64,000 bases of DNA from an uncultured Methanomicrobiaceae archaeon (GTDB lineage: Archaea > Halobacteriota > Methanomicrobia > Methanomicrobiales > Methanoculleaceae): the NCBI GenBank assembly GCA_963826525.1, contig CAWGXH010000004.1, positions 192,001 to 256,000 on the forward strand. The letters are read 5' to 3'. Numbering within the stretch: the first letter of the stretch is position 1; each line of letters opens with the position of its first letter. This document shows positions 11,238 through 25,750 of this stretch, piece by piece. Below the pieces are notes generated by a model, which was not told where the DNA came from, searched no databases, and worked only from the letters and a program-made list of their open reading frames with translations. Position numbers and translations under genes: made by a program.

Positions 11238-12944
11238 ATGGCAAAGATTGAGAGATCCCAGAAGATGTTCCTGAAGGCACTCAAGGAGAAGTTCCAGGGC
11301 CAGGACGTCGAATCCGAGACCGCAGAGTACTACAAGTTCGGCGGCCTGAAGCAGTCTCCCCGTAAGATGGAGTTCATGAAGGCAAGCCGCGCCATCGAGA
11401 TGGACCGTGGCATCTCCATGTACGAGCCCGAGCGCTGCCACCTTGGCGGTATCCCCATGGGTCAGCGCCAGCTGATGACCTACGAGGTATCCGGCACCGG
11501 TGTCTTCGTCGAGGGTGACGACCTGCACTTCGTCAACAACGCCGCTATGCAGCAGATGTGGGACGACATCCGCCGGACGGTTATCGTCGGCATGGACATG
11601 GCCCACCAGACCCTGCAGAAGCGTCTCGGCAAGGAAGTTACCCCTGAGACGATCAACGAGTACCTGCACATCCTGAACCACGCGATGCCCGGTGCGGCAG
11701 TCGTCCAGGAACACATGGTCGAGACCCACCCCGGCCTCGTCGACGACTGTTACGTCAAGGTCTTCACCGGCGACGACGAGATGGCCGACGACATCGAGCC
11801 CCAGTTCCTGCTCAACATCGAGAAACTCTTCCCTGCAAAGCAGGCAGAGGCACTCAAGGCAGCAGTCGGCAAGTCGATGTACCAGGCAATCCACATCCCG
11901 ACCTCGGTCTCCCGCACCTGCGACGGTGGAACGACCTCCCGTTGGTCCGCCATGCAGATCGGTATGTCCTTCATCGCCGCGTACCGCATGTGCGCCGGTG
12001 AGGCAGCCGTCGCCGACCTGTCGTACGCTGCAAAGCACGCCGGCGTCATCCAGATGGGATCCCACCTGCCCGCCCGCCGTGCCCGTGGCCCGAACGAGCC
12101 CGGTGGTATCATGTTCGGTATCTTCTCCGATATCGTCCAGGCCAACCGCAAGTACCCGAACGACCCCGCAAAGGCATCCCTCGAGGTTGTCGGCGCCGGA
12201 ACCATGCTCTTCGACCAGATCTGGCTCGGCTCCTACATGTCCGGTGGTGTCGGATTCACCCAGTATGCAACCGCCGCATACACCGACAACATCCTCGACG
12301 AGTTCACCTACTACGGTATGGACTACATCAAGGACAAGTACAACGTCGACTGGAAGAACCCGAGCCCGAGCGACAAGGTCAAGCCGACTCAGGAAGTCGT
12401 CAACGACATCGCAACCGAGGTCAACCTCAACGGTATGGAGCAGTACGAGCAGTTCCCGACCATGATGGAGGACCACTTCGGCGGTTCCCAGCGTGCCGGT
12501 GTGCTCGCAGCAGCATCCGGTCTCTCCGCCGCTATCGCAACCGGAAACTCCAACGCCGGTCTGAACGGCTGGTACCTCTCCATGCTCCTGCACAAGGACG
12601 GATGGTCGCGTCTCGGCTTCTTCGGCTACGATCTGCAGGACCAGTGCGGTTCCGCAAACTCGCTCTCCATGAGACCCGACGAGGGTGCAATGGGAGAAGT
12701 CCGTGGCCCGAACTACCCGAACTACGCAATGAACGTCGGACACCAGGGCGAATACGCCGCTATCACCGGAAGTGCCCACTACACCCGCGGCGACGCATGG
12801 TGTTTCAGCCCCCTCGTGAAGATCTGCTTCGCGGACCCGTCCCTGAAGTTCGACTTCGCAGAGCCCCGCCGCGAGTTCGCCAAGGGTGCAATCCGCGAGT
12901 TCATGCCCGCCGGCGAGCGCTCGCTCATCATCCCGGCCCGGTAA
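11238..12944 (+). CDS. mcrA: Methyl-coenzyme M reductase alpha subunit
   Basis: [42 protein letters not shown]. Confidence 0.99.
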   Translation: MAKIERSQKMFLKALKEKFQGQDVESETAEYYKFGGLKQSPRKMEFMKASRAIEMDRGISMYEPERCHLGGIPMGQRQLMTYEVSGTGVFVEGDDLHFVNNAAMQQMWDDIRRTVIVGMDMAHQTLQKRLGKEVTPETINEYLHILNHAMPGAAVVQEHMVETHPGLVDDCYVKVFTGDDEMADDIEPQFLLNIEKLFPAKQAEALKAAVGKSMYQAIHIPTSVSRTCDGGTTSRWSAMQIGMSFIAAYRMCAGEAAVADLSYAAKHAGVIQMGSHLPARRARGPNEPGGIMFGIFSDIVQANRKYPNDPAKASLEVVGAGTMLFDQIWLGSYMSGGVGFTQYATAAYTDNILDEFTYYGMDYIKDKYNVDWKNPSPSDKVKPTQEVVNDIATEVNLNGMEQYEQFPTMMEDHFGGSQRAGVLAAASGLSAAIATGNSNAGLNGWYLSMLLHKDGWSRLGFFGYDLQDQCGSANSLSMRPDEGAMGEVRGPNYPNYAMNVGHQGEYAAITGSAHYTRGDAWCFSPLVKICFADPSLKFDFAEPRREFAKGAIREFMPAGERSLIIPAR

Positions 12945-12949
12945 TACCA

Positions 12950-12970
12950 ACTCAATTTTTTTTTCTTTAG
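12950..12970 (+). terminator. Oligo-T terminator after mcrA
   Basis: Long T run (aattttttttttcttt) shortly after the stop. Confidence 0.7.
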
Positions 12971-13140
12971 CGTAACCCCACATTACCAAAACGAAGTTTC
13001 CGGGCGAATTTTTTAATTCTGCTGGTATATTGACGAAACTTTTCGAAACCTTTAATTAAGTCATAAACAACTGTTAGATGAACCACAAAGGTTTTGTATT
13101 GAACTCTGGTGCGACAGAAAGCACGCAGGGAGGATGCTAA

Positions 13141-14041
13141 ATGGAACAGATATTGTTTGGCATCGGAATTACCGCAATGGCAGGTGCTCTTGCAACCGTT
13201 GCCGGCGCTGCGGAAGACACTGAATCCGATATCGGTTCACAGGGTGACCCGAACTCGCAGGTTCAGCTTGCTCCGCAGATGGGATACATTCACCGCATAT
13301 TCAACAAGGCTATTGCCGGTGAACCCCCCGCCTACGGTCTCTGGGTTGCATTGGGTGCTGGTATTGCTTGGGCATTCATGGCGATGCAGATAAACGCGAT
13401 TCTTGCAATCGTAATAGGAAGCGCTCTCGCAGTGTTCGTACAGGGTGTGTACGCAACTACTGCCTATCTCGGGCGTACCGCAAGTCTCGCGAAGTTTGGA
13501 CAGCCGGTGTACATCGACATCATCAAGTCGGTTACCACCGTGACCATGGCGCACGCTTTCGTCGCTATATTTACCACCGTGGCAATGTGCCACCTGATGA
13601 ACGCCGCACTCGGGCACCCCTTCCCGCTGCCGCTGCTCGGCCTCGTCTGGGGTATTGCGCTCGGTGCAGCCGGGTCTGCAACCGGTAACCCGTTCTACGG
13701 AAAGGAGCGGCAGTACCAGGAGCAGAAGTTCGGTGCAGGCGTTCCGATCTCCGCATCCGGCAACATCGTCCGCTACGCGGAAGCCGGTCAGCGCAGCTCG
13801 ATCGACAACGGCTGGTTCAGCGCCAAGCCTCGGCGGCCCGGCATCGGGTGTCTGCTTCGGCCTGATCGTATTCCTCGAACTCTGGCGTACTATCGTCTTT
13901 GAGGAAGTCAACGTCTGGGCACCGATCATCGTCGGTGTCGTCCTGGTTCTCGTCTTCATGGTCATCGACCGTTACATCGAGGTCTGGGCAAGAAAGAACT
14001 TCGGCCCCTACACGACCGAAACTGAGGAGGCATCAGCATGA
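13141..14041 (+). CDS. mtrE: Methyl-H4MPT:CoM methyltransferase subunit E (frameshift ~13828, likely error)
   Basis: AEDTESDIGSQGDPNSQVQLAPQ; C-terminus continues in ORF 13655-14041. Confidence 0.95.
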
Positions 14042-14880
14042 GCGCGCTCGGTGGACCTAAACAGACCGGCGGCATTCAGCCCCCCACGGGAATGGGTCTC
14101 GTCGGAGGAATTGTACTCATTATTATCGCTCTTGCTATCGCGTTCTTCGCCGTCCAGACAGCAGGGCTTCTCGCACTCATCGGCATCATCATCGGCGGTG
14201 TCCTGGTCGCCTTCGGCGTTCACTTCGTCCCGGTCGGCGGTGCGCCTGCCGCAATGGGTCAGGCTCCCGGTATCGCTACCGGTGTGGCGATGCTCGCGGC
14301 CGGTGCCGGTCTTGCCGGACTCTTCGGCGGCGCATGGGCAGCTCCGTACGGCCTCGCCGTCGCACTCGCCGGCGGTGCAGTCGGTGGCGGTCTGATGATG
14401 GCGATCACCTGCCTCATGGTCAACGTCACCTACATCTTCGGCATGGGTATCCCTGCCGCATCCGGTAAGGTCGACAAGGACCCGATCACCGGCGACACGT
14501 TCCCGGCATACAAGAGCCAGGGTACCGAAGGACACGGACTTCCGTTCATTTCCTACGTCGGCGGTGTCATCGGCGGTACGCTCGGTGGTCTTGGCGGTAC
14601 GCTCATCTACCTCATGCTCCTCGGCGTCTATGAAGAGGTTCTCCCCGTTGCAATGAACGCATCGGTCGAGGAGATCGCACCCGTTGCAATCTCGCTCGCC
14701 GGTATCTTCGCAGTCGGCATGTTCCTCATCAACGCTGTGCTTGCAGCATACAACATCACCGGTACCATCGAAGGACCGCACGACCCCAAGTTCAAGCGGT
14801 TCCCGCGCGCCGTCATCGCAGCAGGTGTCGCGTCCGCAGTGACCGGAGTCTTTGCAATCATGCTGGTAGGGGTGCTCTAA
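14038..14880 (+). CDS. mtrD: Mtr subunit D
   Basis: VHFVPVGGAPAAM, GTEGHGLP, GTIEGPHDPKFK. Confidence 0.96.
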   Translation: MSALGGPKQTGGIQPPTGMGLVGGIVLIIIALAIAFFAVQTAGLLALIGIIIGGVLVAFGVHFVPVGGAPAAMGQAPGIATGVAMLAAGAGLAGLFGGAWAAPYGLAVALAGGAVGGGLMMAITCLMVNVTYIFGMGIPAASGKVDKDPITGDTFPAYKSQGTEGHGLPFISYVGGVIGGTLGGLGGTLIYLMLLGVYEEVLPVAMNASVEEIAPVAISLAGIFAVGMFLINAVLAAYNITGTIEGPHDPKFKRFPRAVIAAGVASAVTGVFAIMLVGVL

Positions 14881-15733
14881 ATGTCAGTGAAAATTGAAGC
14901 CAGTACAGGTGGAGTTCCGCATAACCAGATCATGATCTACGGTCTTATCGGATCCGTCGTACTCATCTACCTGACCTACCTGAACGTACTCTTTGACACC
15001 ACAGTCTTCTCGTTCCTCGGAGGACTCGGCGCTGTCGCAGCCCTCGTCTGGGGTACCGACACAATCAAGCACCTCTGCAGTTACGGTCTTGGTACCGGTG
15101 TGCCGTCCGCAGGTATGATCGCCTTCGGCTCCGGTGTCGTAGCCATGCTGTTTGCCACCACGACCGGTATCTTCGCACCGATTACCGCCCTTATCGTGGG
15201 AGCGATCGTCGGTGCCGTCGCCGGATTCCTGGCGAACAAGATCGTCCGGATGGACATCCCGGTCATGATCATGTCGCTGACCGAGCTCGCCATCGTCGGT
15301 GCGCTGACGCTCCTCGGACTTGCTGTAATGGTCGGTGGAACGTTCGACTTCTTCGGCCTTGCCGTCGGTTCGACGTCCTTCCTCGGGTTCGTCATTGCGT
15401 CGTACGGCGCCTCGGTCATCGGAGGCAGCATTGTCGCCGTTCTCTTCATGCTCGGTGCAATCGCCATCCAGCACTCGTTCAACGCCTGTCTCGGGCCCGG
15501 CGAGCAGCAGGACCGCACGCTCACGCTCGCCGCGGAGTGCGGATTCCTCTCGATGATCGTGGTCTCGGTCATGTCCTTTGCATTCATCGGCTTCATTCCG
15601 GCAATCATCTCGCTCGTGGTCTCTGTCGCAGGCTGGTTCTACACCTATGCAAACTACATCAAGCCTCTCGAAGCGCGATGCATATGCATGGCTCGATGCA
15701 AAGCCGATTCTGGAGCCAAAGGGAGGTGCCTAA
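14881..15733 (+). CDS. mtrC: Mtr subunit C (frameshift ~15662, likely error)
   Basis: SYGLGTGVPSAG, HSFNACLGP; corrected end ...KRDAYAWLDAKPILEPKGGA*. Confidence 0.94.
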
Positions 15734-16018
15734 ATGGGATACATTCTCGTACTCCCTGAGTTCGGTCTCGTCGCAGATCCGATCGTCGGTCTTGTGACCA
15801 CCGCTGGTGAGTCGTATGCACCGGTTCTCAACCAGGTGGCCGAGCTCGAGAAGATCTCCGAGGACCTGATCGGCATGCTCTCCGGTGAAGGGAACTTCCT
15901 TGCTTCGTTCCCGAACAGGGAAGGCGTCCTCAAGATTGCCGGCAGTGTGACCGCATTCTGGTATGGAATGGCAGTCGGCCTGCTGATTGCAGGTGTCGTC
16001 GTGTTCGGACTTGTGTGA
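15734..16018 (+). CDS. mtrB: Mtr subunit B
   Basis: LVLPEFGLVADP, SFPNREG, C-terminal TM helix. Confidence 0.93.
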   Translation: MGYILVLPEFGLVADPIVGLVTTAGESYAPVLNQVAELEKISEDLIGMLSGEGNFLASFPNREGVLKIAGSVTAFWYGMAVGLLIAGVVVFGLV

Positions 16019-16029
16019 GGTGAAGTAAC

Positions 16030-16753
16030 ATGGCAGATAAGAAATCTCCGGCCAGTGGATGGCCAGTCGTGCAGGGTGACTTCCACACGGGAGACGCACA
16101 GAGACTGTGTCGCCGTCGTCACCATGGGTTCCCACCTTGACGAGCAGGGCATCTGCAATGCAGGAGCGGCAATCGCCGGTTCCTGTAAGACCGAGAATCT
16201 CGGTATTGAGAAGATCATCGCAAATATAATCTCCAACCCCAACATCAGATTCGTCCTGAACTGCGGAACGGAGGTCAAGGGACACCTGTCCGGGCAGAGT
16301 TTCATGGCTCTCCACAAGGACGGTATCTCCGGCGGTAAGATCGTCGGCGCACAGGGCGCCATCCCCTTCATCGAGAACCTCGATGATGCGGCCATCACCC
16401 GGTTCCAGGAACAGGTCGAGATGGTCGATATCATGGAGTCCGAGGACATGGGAGCGATCGCCGCGAAGATCAAGGAGCTCACCGCCAGAGACCCCGGCGC
16501 GTTCGCTGCCGAACCCATGATCATCCAGGTCAAGGAAGCAGGCGGCGCAGAGGAGGAAGTCGGCGGCGAGGTTCGCCCGCTCTCCGGTGAGCCTGCCCTG
16601 ATCCACGCTCGCATGAAGATCATCGAACAGATGGTCACCGATATCGGATACCGCGACAGGTTTGCAGCCGGTGTGTATGCAGGAAAAGTCGAGGGTCTCA
16701 TGATCGGTCTGATCGTGTCGTTCGCCATTCTGGGGTTCATCTTGCTGGGGTGA
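16030..16753 (+). CDS. mtrA: Mtr subunit A, copy 1 (extra A at 16104 relative to copy 2, likely error)
   Basis: [17 protein letters not shown] corrinoid-ligand His, C-terminal TM anchor GVYAGKVEG. Confidence 0.94.
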
Positions 16754-16758
16754 TATAA

Positions 16759-16971
16759 GTGGCAGAAGAAGGTAACAAAGCAGCAGGCCCTATCCGGATG
16801 GCAGCCATCGACAGATCGATGAACAACATCCGCTACAAGGCCCAGATCATGGCCCGCACGAACAAGCTCGAGTCAGGTATCCAGAGCGGCGGTCTCGTCG
16901 GCTTCGCAGTCGGCATCCTCGCCGCCATGGTGCTCATCCTGGTCCCGGCAGTCTTCCTGGGGGCGATCTAA
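16759..16971 (+). CDS. mtrF: Mtr subunit F
   Basis: [18 protein letters not shown] plus TM helix. Confidence 0.92.
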   Translation: MAEEGNKAAGPIRMAAIDRSMNNIRYKAQIMARTNKLESGIQSGGLVGFAVGILAAMVLILVPAVFLGAI

Positions 16972-16972
16972 C

Positions 16973-17713
16973 ATGGCAGATAAGAAGTCTCCGGCCAGCG
17001 GATGGCCGGTCGTGCAGGGTGACTTCCACACGGGAGACGCACAGAGCTGTGTCGCCGTCGTCACCATGGGTTCCCACCTTGACGAGCAGGGCATCTGCAA
17101 TGCAGGAGCGGCAATCGCCGGTTCCTGTAAGACCGAGAATCTCGGTATTGAGAAGATCATCGCAAATATAATCTCCAACCCCAACATCAGATTCGTCCTG
17201 AACTGCGGAACGGAGGTCAAGGGACACCTGTCCGGGCAGAGTTTCATGGCTCTCCACAAGGACGGTATCTCCGGCGGTAAGATCGTCGGCGCACAGGGCG
17301 CCATCCCCTTCATCGAGAACCTCGATGATGCGGCCATCACCCGGTTCCAGGAACAGGTCGAGATGGTCGATATCATGGAGTCCGAGGACATGGGAGCGAT
17401 CGCCGCGAAGATCAAGGAGCTCACCGCCAGAGACCCCGGCGCGTTCGCTGCCGAACCCATGATCATCCAGGTCAAGGAAGCAGGCGGCGCCGAGATGGGT
17501 GGCGCTGTTGCAGGTGCAAACCCGCAGTACCTTGAGATCGAATCGAGGCTCGACGCTATCGAAGGACAGATCGAGTTCGTCGATGCAGAAATTGCACAGC
17601 GTGTCGGAAGGAAAGTCGGACGCGATATCGGCATCCTGTATGGACTGGTTGCCGGTTTGATCGTATTCATGATGTTGTTGGTGTTGCTGCCGAAACTGGG
17701 CGGCCTTGTGTAA
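16973..17713 (+). CDS. mtrA: MtrA-MtrG fusion (second mtrA copy with MtrG C-terminal domain)
   Basis: MtrA domain followed by the MtrG motif [33 protein letters not shown]. Confidence 0.93.
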   Translation: MADKKSPASGWPVVQGDFHTGDAQSCVAVVTMGSHLDEQGICNAGAAIAGSCKTENLGIEKIIANIISNPNIRFVLNCGTEVKGHLSGQSFMALHKDGISGGKIVGAQGAIPFIENLDDAAITRFQEQVEMVDIMESEDMGAIAAKIKELTARDPGAFAAEPMIIQVKEAGGAEMGGAVAGANPQYLEIESRLDAIEGQIEFVDAEIAQRVGRKVGRDIGILYGLVAGLIVFMMLLVLLPKLGGLV

Positions 17714-17728
17714 GGAGGTTTGACAAAT

Positions 17729-18767
17729 ATGTTCAAGTTTGAGAAAGAACAGACGGTACACGATTTCAACGGTACCAAGATAGGCGGGCAGCCCGGCGAA
17801 TACCCGACGGTGCTGGGTGCTTCCATCTTCTATAACAAGCACGAAGTTGTGAAAAACGATGAGACAGGAGAGATCGACAAGGCGACGGCCGAAGCACTCT
17901 GGAACCGTTGCCAGGAACTCTCCGACACCACTGGCGTTCAGCACTTCATCCAGATCATCGCCGAGTATGGTGAAGCATTCGAGAGCTATATCGACTGGTT
18001 CTGCAGCATCGATGACAAGACAGCATTCCTGATGGACTCCTCGGTGCCTGCGGCACTTGCACATGCCTGCAAGTACGCTGACTGAGGCGGGCGTGGCTGA
18101 CCGTGCGATCTACAACTCGATCAACGGGTCGATCGTCCCGGAGAGCATCCAGGCGCTCAAGGAGAGCGACGTCAACGCCGCCATCGTCCTTGCATTCAAC
18201 CCCGGCGATCCGTCCGTCCGCGGCCGTGAGCAGGTGCTCACCGAGGGCGGCGTCGCCGGACAGGAGAAGAGCATGCTGGCCATCGCAGAAGAGTGCGGAA
18301 TCACCCGCCCGATCCTCGACACCGCAGCAACCCCGCTCGGTATCGGATCCGGCGGTTCATACCGTGAAATCCTCGCCTGCAAGGCCATACACGGCCTGCC
18401 GACCGGCGGTGCCTACCACAACATGACCGTCTCCTGGACGTGGCTCAAGCGCTGGAAGGGAACGAAGAAGACCCCCTCGCAGCAGCTGGCCGGCCTGGAG
18501 GGCAAAGATGCCCTTGTCAAGCAGCTCACGCACCACTATCTTGGTGGCACCGATGGAATGCGCCAGGCAGCCTGGTCTGCACCCGATATCGGATGCAACA
18601 TGGTTGCAAGCACGCTCGGCGCCGACCTGATTATGTACGGCCCGATCGAGAATGTCGAGGCAATGATCACCGCCCAGGCATACATCGACATTGTTGTGCT
18701 GGAAGCAGCGCGCGATCTCGGCACTGAGGTTCAGACCGAGAATCACCCGCTCTTCAAGCTGGTCTAA
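17729..18767 (+). CDS. mtrH: Mtr subunit H (frameshift ~18082, likely error)
   Basis: MFKFEKEQ..., GGQPGEYPTVL, AIYNSIN, LGADLIMYGPIEN. Confidence 0.95.
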
Positions 18768-19148
18768 ACTCTCCTTTTTTTCAGGTACAGACATACCGCT
18801 CCGGCGACGGGGCGCTTCAGAACAGCAGTGTCATGCCCTCCGGAAGGCAACATCCTCACCGGCAGGCAGAGAAATCGCCCCTACACCAACCTGGGTGAAC
18901 AGATCCCGAAAAATGTCGAAAGACGCTACGATCCGCTCGGATCAAAGCAACATTCAGTCATCGTATCGACGAATAAGGGCAATACCGGATCTCTGACAAC
19001 GAGCAAGGCTTCCTGTCGGACTATCGCAAGGGGGAGTTCAGGATTGGCTTCACGTACTGACGAGGTAACCTCCCGCTCACCGAGATTGGTAGTGACCCTG
19101 GAAGAAAAGCCACGCAGCAAAAGAAGATGATCGAAAGGCTCCCTGCCG

Positions 19149-20120
19149 TCAGGGAAGCTCGATCGTTCCGACAATACGAAGTTTCCCGCCGTCAAGGTAG
19201 TGGAGAACCGCCTTTCCGCCCGGAAGGTGCACGAGTTCTTTCTCGAGCGTCAGGGTCAGCCGGGGTTTCCTAAAATTTCCATCGTCAGCCACAGCGTCGA
19301 GACGCGCCGGGACGAACTGCATCCAGTGCCCCAGGTGGAGCACCATTCCCTCCTTAAGAGGTGCAGGCCAGTAGGCGACGAGCGTTGCCGGTGCCTCGAG
19401 CGTCTTCCTGACCCGTAGTGAATCGTCGTTCGAGAGGACATACCCCCGGTCGAGATCCTCTGCTTCGATATTTTTGAGTGCAAGTCCGACCCGGTCTCCG
19501 ACACCTGCCCAGTCGGCGTCGTCGTCGTGTTTCTGAATAGAGCGAAGGAGAACCGACTTCTCTCCGGGATAGAGTTTCAGGGTGTCGTGCTTGCGAATGT
19601 ACCCGTCCTCCACACCGCCGAGGACGACCGTGCCGATCCCGCGCACGTTGAAGTGGTGGTCTATAGAGACCGTTCCGAAGGCAGGCGATTTCGCATCCGG
19701 AGGCATCGGCGTCCTCGCTGCCGCAGCAGAGAGAAGCCGCTCACGCATGGCAATCATATCCTCGCTGACGAACTCGTACTCCGCAAGCACGGTTCCCCGG
19801 AAGAGGGGCGCCACCGCCTCGGGAGTCAGGTAATTCTTCAGGATGACGGCACCTTCTTTCACGCCGACGGACTCGAGCATCAGCACCCACTCACCGAGCA
19901 TCGGGGTGATCTCGGAGAGCACGATGATGACATAGTCCGCCATCGACGCCGCAAAAAAGAGCGGGGCAAGCCGTTCAGGATAGCGCGTCGGTTCGATGAG
20001 AGTGACCGTATCCTTTCCTTTCTTGAGGTTGTAGAAGGTGATATCGGATGCGGTGCCCTTTTTGCCGAGATCCTTTGCGTAGCCTTCCGGTGCCAGCACA
20101 GCTACATTCAGATTTCCCAT
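19149..20120 (-). CDS. SelB/EF-Tu-like protein with degenerate G domain (EF-Tu domain 2 protein)
   Basis: IDHHFNVRGIGTVVLG, RSIQKHD, GDRVGLALK match EF-Tu/SelB domain II; no recognisable P-loop. Confidence 0.8.
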   Translation of the reverse strand: MGNLNVAVLAPEGYAKDLGKKGTASDITFYNLKKGKDTVTLIEPTRYPERLAPLFFAASMADYVIIVLSEITPMLGEWVLMLESVGVKEGAVILKNYLTPEAVAPLFRGTVLAEYEFVSEDMIAMRERLLSAAAARTPMPPDAKSPAFGTVSIDHHFNVRGIGTVVLGGVEDGYIRKHDTLKLYPGEKSVLLRSIQKHDDDADWAGVGDRVGLALKNIEAEDLDRGYVLSNDDSLRVRKTLEAPATLVAYWPAPLKEGMVLHLGHWMQFVPARLDAVADDGNFRKPRLTLTLEKELVHLPGGKAVLHYLDGGKLRIVGTIELP

Positions 20121-20278
20121 GATGCATAGAGCTTCGATGGCTCATCGTATGAGGTTTGCTCCACCGTTTTACGATAACTCCTATCGATTACACCCAGGCC
20201 GCACTTCTACACATACGAGGCACGCGCATAAAAACAAAATATTTTTAGTAAAGTCAACAATACTTTACTTAATGGAGT

Positions 20279-21229
20279 ATGCCCGGAAAGACGCTGATAG
20301 CTATCCCTATCCTTATTTGCACACTTCTCGCCAGCATGGTGTTCGCAGTTGCGGTAGGACCGACCACTATTCCACTCGAAACCCTCTTCACCTCGCCGAC
20401 CTCGCAGATGATCGTCTGGGACGTCAGGGTTCCGCGGGTGATCACCACAGTGCTGGTCGGATGCGCTCTTGCCATGGCGGGTACGGCTATGCAAGGTCTG
20501 TTCAAAAACTCGATGGCCGATCCGTATATCATCGGCACGTCGTCGGGTGCCGGGCTCGGAGCCGCACTTGCAATCGTTTTCTTCGCCGGTGCCGGGCTTC
20601 CCATCCTGGCGTTCGCCGGAGCGACGATCGCCACCTTTACCGTCTATACCATCGCACGCAAAGGCGGGAAAGTGCCGGTTGAGACGCTCCTCCTTGCCGG
20701 TGTTGCCCTTTCGATGCTCTTTTCAGCGTTCCTCTCGTTTCTCATGTATACTGCAGGAAAGAGCCTGCACCAGATCATGTTCTGGCTGATGGAGGGTTCT
20801 GGAACGTCTAGTGGAACGACGATGTACATAGGCATCCTGATCCCGATCGGCTGCGCGGTCATGTACATCTATGCACGCGACGTGAATATCGTCTCGCTCG
20901 GCGAAGAGGATGCAATCCATCTCGGCGTGAACGTGGAGTCTTTAAAGCAGATACTCCTCTTCATCAGCGCATTCTTAACCGGAATAGCGGTTTCAATTGC
21001 AGGGGCGATCGGGTTTATAGGCCTGATCACCCCCCACGTGATGCGCCTGATCGTCGGACCCGACCATCGTATTCTCTTTCCAGCGGTGGTCCTCGCGGGA
21101 GGTATTCTCCTCCTCTGGTCCGATACCCTGGCAAGAACCCTCGCAAACGAGATGCCGGTCGGGATCATCACTGCCTGTTTCGGCGCACCGTTCTTCATTT
21201 ACCTGCTCAGGAGCCGGATGAAAGCATGA
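20279..21229 (+). CDS. btuC: FecCD/BtuC-family ABC permease (probably cobalamin/corrinoid)
   Basis: [46 protein letters not shown]; apparent compensating indels near 20790-20822. Confidence 0.85.
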   Translation: MPGKTLIAIPILICTLLASMVFAVAVGPTTIPLETLFTSPTSQMIVWDVRVPRVITTVLVGCALAMAGTAMQGLFKNSMADPYIIGTSSGAGLGAALAIVFFAGAGLPILAFAGATIATFTVYTIARKGGKVPVETLLLAGVALSMLFSAFLSFLMYTAGKSLHQIMFWLMEGSGTSSGTTMYIGILIPIGCAVMYIYARDVNIVSLGEEDAIHLGVNVESLKQILLFISAFLTGIAVSIAGAIGFIGLITPHVMRLIVGPDHRILFPAVVLAGGILLLWSDTLARTLANEMPVGIITACFGAPFFIYLLRSRMKA

Positions 21230-22469
21230 GACCAGTCGACGTTATCGATCTCGATGTCTCCTACGGAGCACACAAGATCTTCGAAGCAGTCTCGTTCCAT
21301 GCAGATGCGGGCGAGATTCTTGGGATCATCGGACCGAACGGCTCCGGCAAGACGACGCTGCTCAAAGCGATGAGCAGGATTGTCGCGCCGGACAGCGGAG
21401 AGATCACTCTCAACGATCGCAATCTGAATGCACTCGATTTCCGGGAGCTGGCGCAGCAGATTGCCGTCGTGCCGCAGGATATCTCGATCAATTTCGAGTA
21501 TACCGTCCGCGACATCGTCATGATGGGGCGGCATCCCTACATCGGCAGGTTCTCATCCGAGACGGCTGCGGACTTTGAGATCTGCAACCGCGCCATGCAG
21601 CTCGCGAAGGTCGCACACCTCGCTGACACATCCGTTCATGAGATCAGCGGCGGCGAACGCCAGCGGGTGTTGATCGCCCGGGCGCTTGCGCAGGAGCCGA
21701 AGATCCTGCTGCTTGACGAGGCGACCTCAAACCTCGATATCAGCCACCAGATCGAGATCCTGAATATCATCAGGGATCTTACCGGGAAGGTCACCGTCAT
21801 CAGTGTCTTCCACGATCTGAACCTAGCGCATACTATTGCGACAGGCTGATCATGCTGAAAGAGAAGAGGATCTTTGCTATCGGTGCGCCCGGAGATGTGC
21901 TGACCCGGGAGGCACTCGATGCGGTATACGGGATCGACACGCTGGTAAAAATCCATCCACTGACAGGAAAACCCTATATTCTCCCGGTATACGACAATAC
22001 TACAAAAAATAAACCAGAGCGCAGTGTGCACGTCATATGCGGCGGCGGCACAGGGTCCGATCTCCTCTATGCCCTGCAAAAGGAAGGGTTCCGGATGAGC
22101 ACCGGTGTGCTCACTATTTTTGATACCGACTATGCGACCGCAACGGCACTGCACATCCCCTGCGTTACTGAGGCCCCGTTCAGCGCGATCTCATCCGAAG
22201 CACGCGAGGAACTCGGGCGGTGCATCGATGCCGCGGATGCGGTCGTCGTCACGGCAATGCCCATAGGAAAGGGAAACCTCGACAATATCAGGATACTGAA
22301 GCATTACCGGACAAAGTCAATCATACTTCTGGACGGCGACGGACTCGGGTCTTTCCGGGACTACACCGGAGGGGAGGCCGAAACGATAATTCACGGGCTG
22401 CTCGAGCAGGGAGCGGTTTGGACAGATCGAATCGAGCAGGTCGCGCATCTCCTGAAGGAAACGGCATGA
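21226..22469 (+). CDS. btuD: BtuD-like ABC ATPase with archaeal C-terminal extension (frameshift ~21825)
   Basis: GPNGSGKT, ISGGERQR, LLLDE; C-terminal VHVICGGGTG...EAPFS domain in ORF 21852-22469. Confidence 0.82.
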
Positions 22470-22574
22470 TCCCCTCCTTGCAAAACCACAGATACCGGTC
22501 GGATCCGACCCGACAGGACGGAGAGTGACGAGGATGCGAGCATGACGGCAATCGCCTTTCTTCACGATCAAACT

Positions 22575-22611
22575 GGCAGGAAGTCCACGACCAAAGTCGT
22601 GGGTAGTTGAC
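22575..22611 (+). mobile_element. IS200/IS605-family end-like hairpin (solo remnant)
   Basis: gaagtCCACGACcaaaGTCGTGGgtagttgac: a 7-bp stem followed by GTAGTTGAC, as in IS605/IS1341-type ends; no tnpA/tnpB ORF adjacent. Confidence 0.6.
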
Positions 22612-22949
22612 ATGCTATCAACTCCAGGGAACCAATCCACGGTAATATCAAGCGCACGGTTACCATACCCAGCTCTCCCTGACGGCAAAATGCCACCCAA
22701 TATAGGGTTAAATTCTAATTAACCACAAAGTATTCCACCAATTAAAAAATGAAGACAGAATTTTAAAAAACAAGTGATTTGATATTAATACAATAGTACT
22801 TTGTAAAGTTTTATTAATATAAAACAATTTTAATAGTACAAATGAAACAGACGACATATTTGCTCGTATGCACATTGCTCATCTCTCTATTCCTGGTGGG
22901 ATGCGCAAGCGCCGATTATCCGTGTTTTCACTACGACGCTCAGAGAACA

Positions 22950-25749
<2,800 letters not shown>

Positions 25750-25750
<1 letters not shown>

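Larger units (their letters stand above)
16030..17490 (+). repeat. ~518-bp near-identical direct repeat (16030-16548 vs 16973-17490) encoding the MtrA soluble domain
   Basis: By eye, three synonymous differences in the first 36 nt plus one probable error indel; otherwise identical. Confidence 0.92.

Noticed and set aside
4942-12989. Long antisense ORFs opposite fwdA, fwdC, mcrA and similar genes
   Set aside because: Shadow ORFs produced by strong codon bias in GC-rich, highly expressed genes.
630-18090. Programmed frameshifting or pseudogenisation of hdr/mtr genes
   Set aside because: No consistent slippery motif; the same error type hits ribosomal proteins; the mtrA copy-1 indel is absent from the otherwise identical copy 2.
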